A stretch of 64,000 nt of DNA, taken from Myxococcota bacterium. Its GTDB lineage: Bacteria > Myxococcota_A > SURF-8 > G963663525. The stretch is from NCBI GenBank assembly GCA_963676915.2, contig CAXXVK010000060.1:96001-160000 (forward strand), in the 5' to 3' direction. Positions 61,638-64,000 of the stretch are shown piece by piece (position 1 is the first letter of the stretch; each line of letters starts with the position of its first letter). A program made the translations under genes and the position numbers. The notes below the pieces were generated by a model that searched no databases, was not told the DNA's origin, and saw only the letters and a program-made list of their open reading frames with translations.

Positions 61638-63185
61638 ATGAATCGAATCTTCTTGTTTTTTGGCTTTTTGATCTGTGGAATTCTCCTTGGATGCGGGGGG
61701 AGCGATACCAGCGGTACGCCATTTTCGAACGAGGAGGGGGATTCGGAATCTTCCGGGTACGAAACGGATGAAGATTTTCCTATGGTACATGGTGACATGG
61801 ACTCGGAGGAACACGAGGCCGTGCTTCCAGGAGATGAAGAGACCGTGGAAAACCTGGATGTTTCGGACGACGACCCGGATCATTTCGAAAACGATTCAAC
61901 CGAAGAGTACGACGAAGCCTTTGAAGCGGAAGAAGCCGAGGAGGCTCTCGAAGTCGAAGCCGACGATTCCGGAGATTTCGCCTGCGACCGCCTCGAATTC
62001 TGCCCGAGTAACCATGTGTGCAACCTGGCGTTGGGACGTTGTGAAAAGCGCAGTACTTATGTTGAAACCGGCAATGAGTTCTTTGACTTCCATCCGAAAA
62101 AGGCGCGGAACGGGGATCTCCTGGTGATCGACGGCCAGGCGTTTTACACCACGTTGATGGGCAATTTCTCGGTCAAAGTCTGGATCGGTCCTACGGAATT
62201 GACGTTTTTGCAATACCTCGCCTGGGACGAAAACCGTCTGCTGGTCCGTATTCCCAACGGCGCTTCGGGAAAAATCGGCGTGCAATGCGAAAACGGGTTC
62301 TTTTTGCAAAGTGCCGAAGATTTCGAGTCGGCTCCCGAAGGCGTGCTTACCTGTGACGATTCCTCACCCCAGGCTCGCGGCGTGGCGGCGGAGTTTCCCA
62401 CGCAAAGCGGTCCGTACGCTCCGGCCTACCTGGATTACACCAACGAAGGCATTCGCGTCTTTTATCCGGCGTCTTGCGGATCGTTGCGAAGACCAGGGGT
62501 TGCGGGAAGTTATCCGCTGGTGACGATTCTGCATGGAAACGGAGCGGGACACGTCAATTACGAATACCTGGGGCAGTTGCTCGCCAGTCGGGGGTTCGTG
62601 GTGATCAATCCGCCCAGTACTCACACCAACCAATACGACGAGGAAGTCATCCGGTTGATCAAAACCACGATCGAGACATTCCACGACCGGGATCTTGGAA
62701 CCATCCATCAGGCACTTTCGGGACTTTCCACCAATGGCGATCTGGGCTTCATCTGTCATTCAAGGGGCTGTGGCCGCGAGCAGGAATTGCTCGGCGATTA
62801 TCCAAGCCTTGCCGCCGATACTCTGGCCTCGGTTTATTTGGGACCGGTGGGCAACAATGATGTGGTTCCGGGCGCGATCATGGTGTTCGGTGGAACCGTG
62901 GACGGTCAGAGTTTTGCAAGCTACTACAACGGCGATTACCAACGACAGTCCGCGCCGAAATGGAAGATCGAAATCCAGGGAGGCAATCACAGCTTGTTCG
63001 CCGATGCGAAAACCTATTCGACCATGGACGGCGTCCCCTCGGTTTCACGCCAGAGACAGCTTGCAATCACGGCATCGTTCGCCATTCCATTCATGGAGCG
63101 AGCTTTCGGAAAAATCGAAAATCACGCCGAATGGCTTGATAACCCGCCCGCCAGCTCGCATTACACCGTTGAATCGGACCCGTAA
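61638..63185 (+). CDS. Lipoprotein with an acidic stalk, small Cys module, IPT-like domain and alpha/beta hydrolase (chlorophyllase-like)
   Basis: Lipobox LLGC; YPLVTILHG, LASRGFVV, nucleophile elbow CHSRG, GTVDG, GGNHSLF. Confidence 0.8.
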   Translation: MNRIFLFFGFLICGILLGCGGSDTSGTPFSNEEGDSESSGYETDEDFPMVHGDMDSEEHEAVLPGDEETVENLDVSDDDPDHFENDSTEEYDEAFEAEEAEEALEVEADDSGDFACDRLEFCPSNHVCNLALGRCEKRSTYVETGNEFFDFHPKKARNGDLLVIDGQAFYTTLMGNFSVKVWIGPTELTFLQYLAWDENRLLVRIPNGASGKIGVQCENGFFLQSAEDFESAPEGVLTCDDSSPQARGVAAEFPTQSGPYAPAYLDYTNEGIRVFYPASCGSLRRPGVAGSYPLVTILHGNGAGHVNYEYLGQLLASRGFVVINPPSTHTNQYDEEVIRLIKTTIETFHDRDLGTIHQALSGLSTNGDLGFICHSRGCGREQELLGDYPSLAADTLASVYLGPVGNNDVVPGAIMVFGGTVDGQSFASYYNGDYQRQSAPKWKIEIQGGNHSLFADAKTYSTMDGVPSVSRQRQLAITASFAIPFMERAFGKIENHAEWLDNPPASSHYTVESDP

Positions 63186-63415
63186 GAGGCCGTTTTCGCC
63201 ACACTATTTTGCAAGAAGCGTCTCGGAAGGGTAAATTTCTTTAACCTGTTGATATGTAAGCTTTTTACGGATTCGTCATTGGTTTCTGGCAAAAGACTTT
63301 GACCAAGAACGTTATAGTGTTGGCGGTTTTCCCTTGACTTCGATCCGCTAGATACATAATTATTCCGTAATCGACCATGGGGAGTTTCTGGATTTCCAGG
63401 AGAAAGGTTCAGTTT

Positions 63416-63592
63416 ATGGCCTCCGAGGAACAGTACGAAATATTTAACGATTACTTCTCCGAAGACGCGATTGAAAGCCTCTTCGATAATCTTCCCCAAG
63501 AAACGTTGGATGAGCTTTTACAGGTTGTCCAGCTTGTGGACAAGAAAATGGGGATGTATAAAAAGAAAATCAAGGAGTTAGAGACGAAATAG
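63416..63592 (+). CDS. Small acidic hypothetical protein (58 aa)
   Basis: ATG after AGGAGAAAGG; helical composition; followed by a hairpin at 63615-63648. Confidence 0.6.
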   Translation: MASEEQYEIFNDYFSEDAIESLFDNLPQETLDELLQVVQLVDKKMGMYKKKIKELETK

Positions 63593-63802
63593 ATCGGTTG
63601 AGGATTTTCGCCTACGAACCTCGTAAACGTCGTTTTGCGAGGTTCGTTTCGTTTGGTGACCAGACGTTACGGATAGTTGAATTTCCCATGATTTTGATGA
63701 TGGTCCGATATTGTACCTTATCGGGCTTGGTGATATGCTGAATCGTTTTCTAGGAGCCGCAATCGGCGCCTTTTTTCACTCGATACGACGTGGAGGATAA
63801 CC

Positions 63803-64000
63803 ATGCCTGAACGGCAGTACACATGGAATGACCGACAATGGCAGGCGGAAGAGGGACTCAGCGCGGCGGATATTCTGGCCGCTGGAGGAATCGAACTGAC
63901 CGCCGACACCGTCGCTGCAAAATACAACGATGACCTGATCGAACTTTCCCGCACGCTCACCGAAGGCGGTAGCTTGGAACCGGTGGAACTCGACAGCGAA
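63803..64000 (+). CDS. thrS: 5' part of a TGS-domain protein, probably threonine-tRNA ligase (runs off the window)
   Basis: GGAGG RBS; MPERQY...VAAKYNDDLIELSRTLTEGGSLEPVELDSE resembles the ThrRS N-terminal TGS domain. Confidence 0.6.
   Translation, partial: MPERQYTWNDRQWQAEEGLSAADILAAGGIELTADTVAAKYNDDLIELSRTLTEGGSLEPVELDSE

Noticed and set aside
63600-63800. T-box or thrS operator in the leader
   Set aside because: No T-box consensus or convincing anticodon-mimic hairpin near the RBS; the hairpin at 63615-63648 is better explained as a terminator of the small upstream gene.

Overview
A 64-kb, GC-rich bacterial chromosomal segment whose gene content suggests a Myxococcota/deltaproteobacterial-type genome (inference from the split F0 atp operon, MYXO-CTERM-like tail and Cys-rich lipoproteins). 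Housekeeping genes: atpZ-atpI-atpB-atpE, tatD, thyX, prmC, mtnP, a PfkB kinase and probably the start of thrS. Accessory content: an orphan multi-PAS histidine kinase, a porin plus purple-acid-phosphatase pair, a 1682-aa papain-family surface protease with Cys-rich tandem repeats, three radical SAM enzymes (one fused to a Gfo/Idh/MocA oxidoreductase), a serine hydrolase-Mpl fusion, an active/inactive pair of large TPR-DUF3857-transglutaminase proteins and an SxtI/J/K-like carbamoyltransferase trio. The strongest signal missed by the ORF track is an in-frame UGA at the first Cys position of the DUF1573 S-C-G-C-T motif (51076-51078), followed by a SECIS-like hairpin, which points to a 401-aa selenocysteine lipoprotein. 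Intergenic DNA holds two families of REP-like doublets, two MITE types (one nested inside a REP doublet), an internally deleted IS481 relic and an intact IS5/IS427-group element inserted in a low-GC GIY-YIG-like gene. Many genes between about 25.9 and 47.4 kb carry small frameshifts that look like assembly errors. No rRNA, tRNA or CRISPR array was recognised. All family assignments come from motif recognition by eye; no searches were run.
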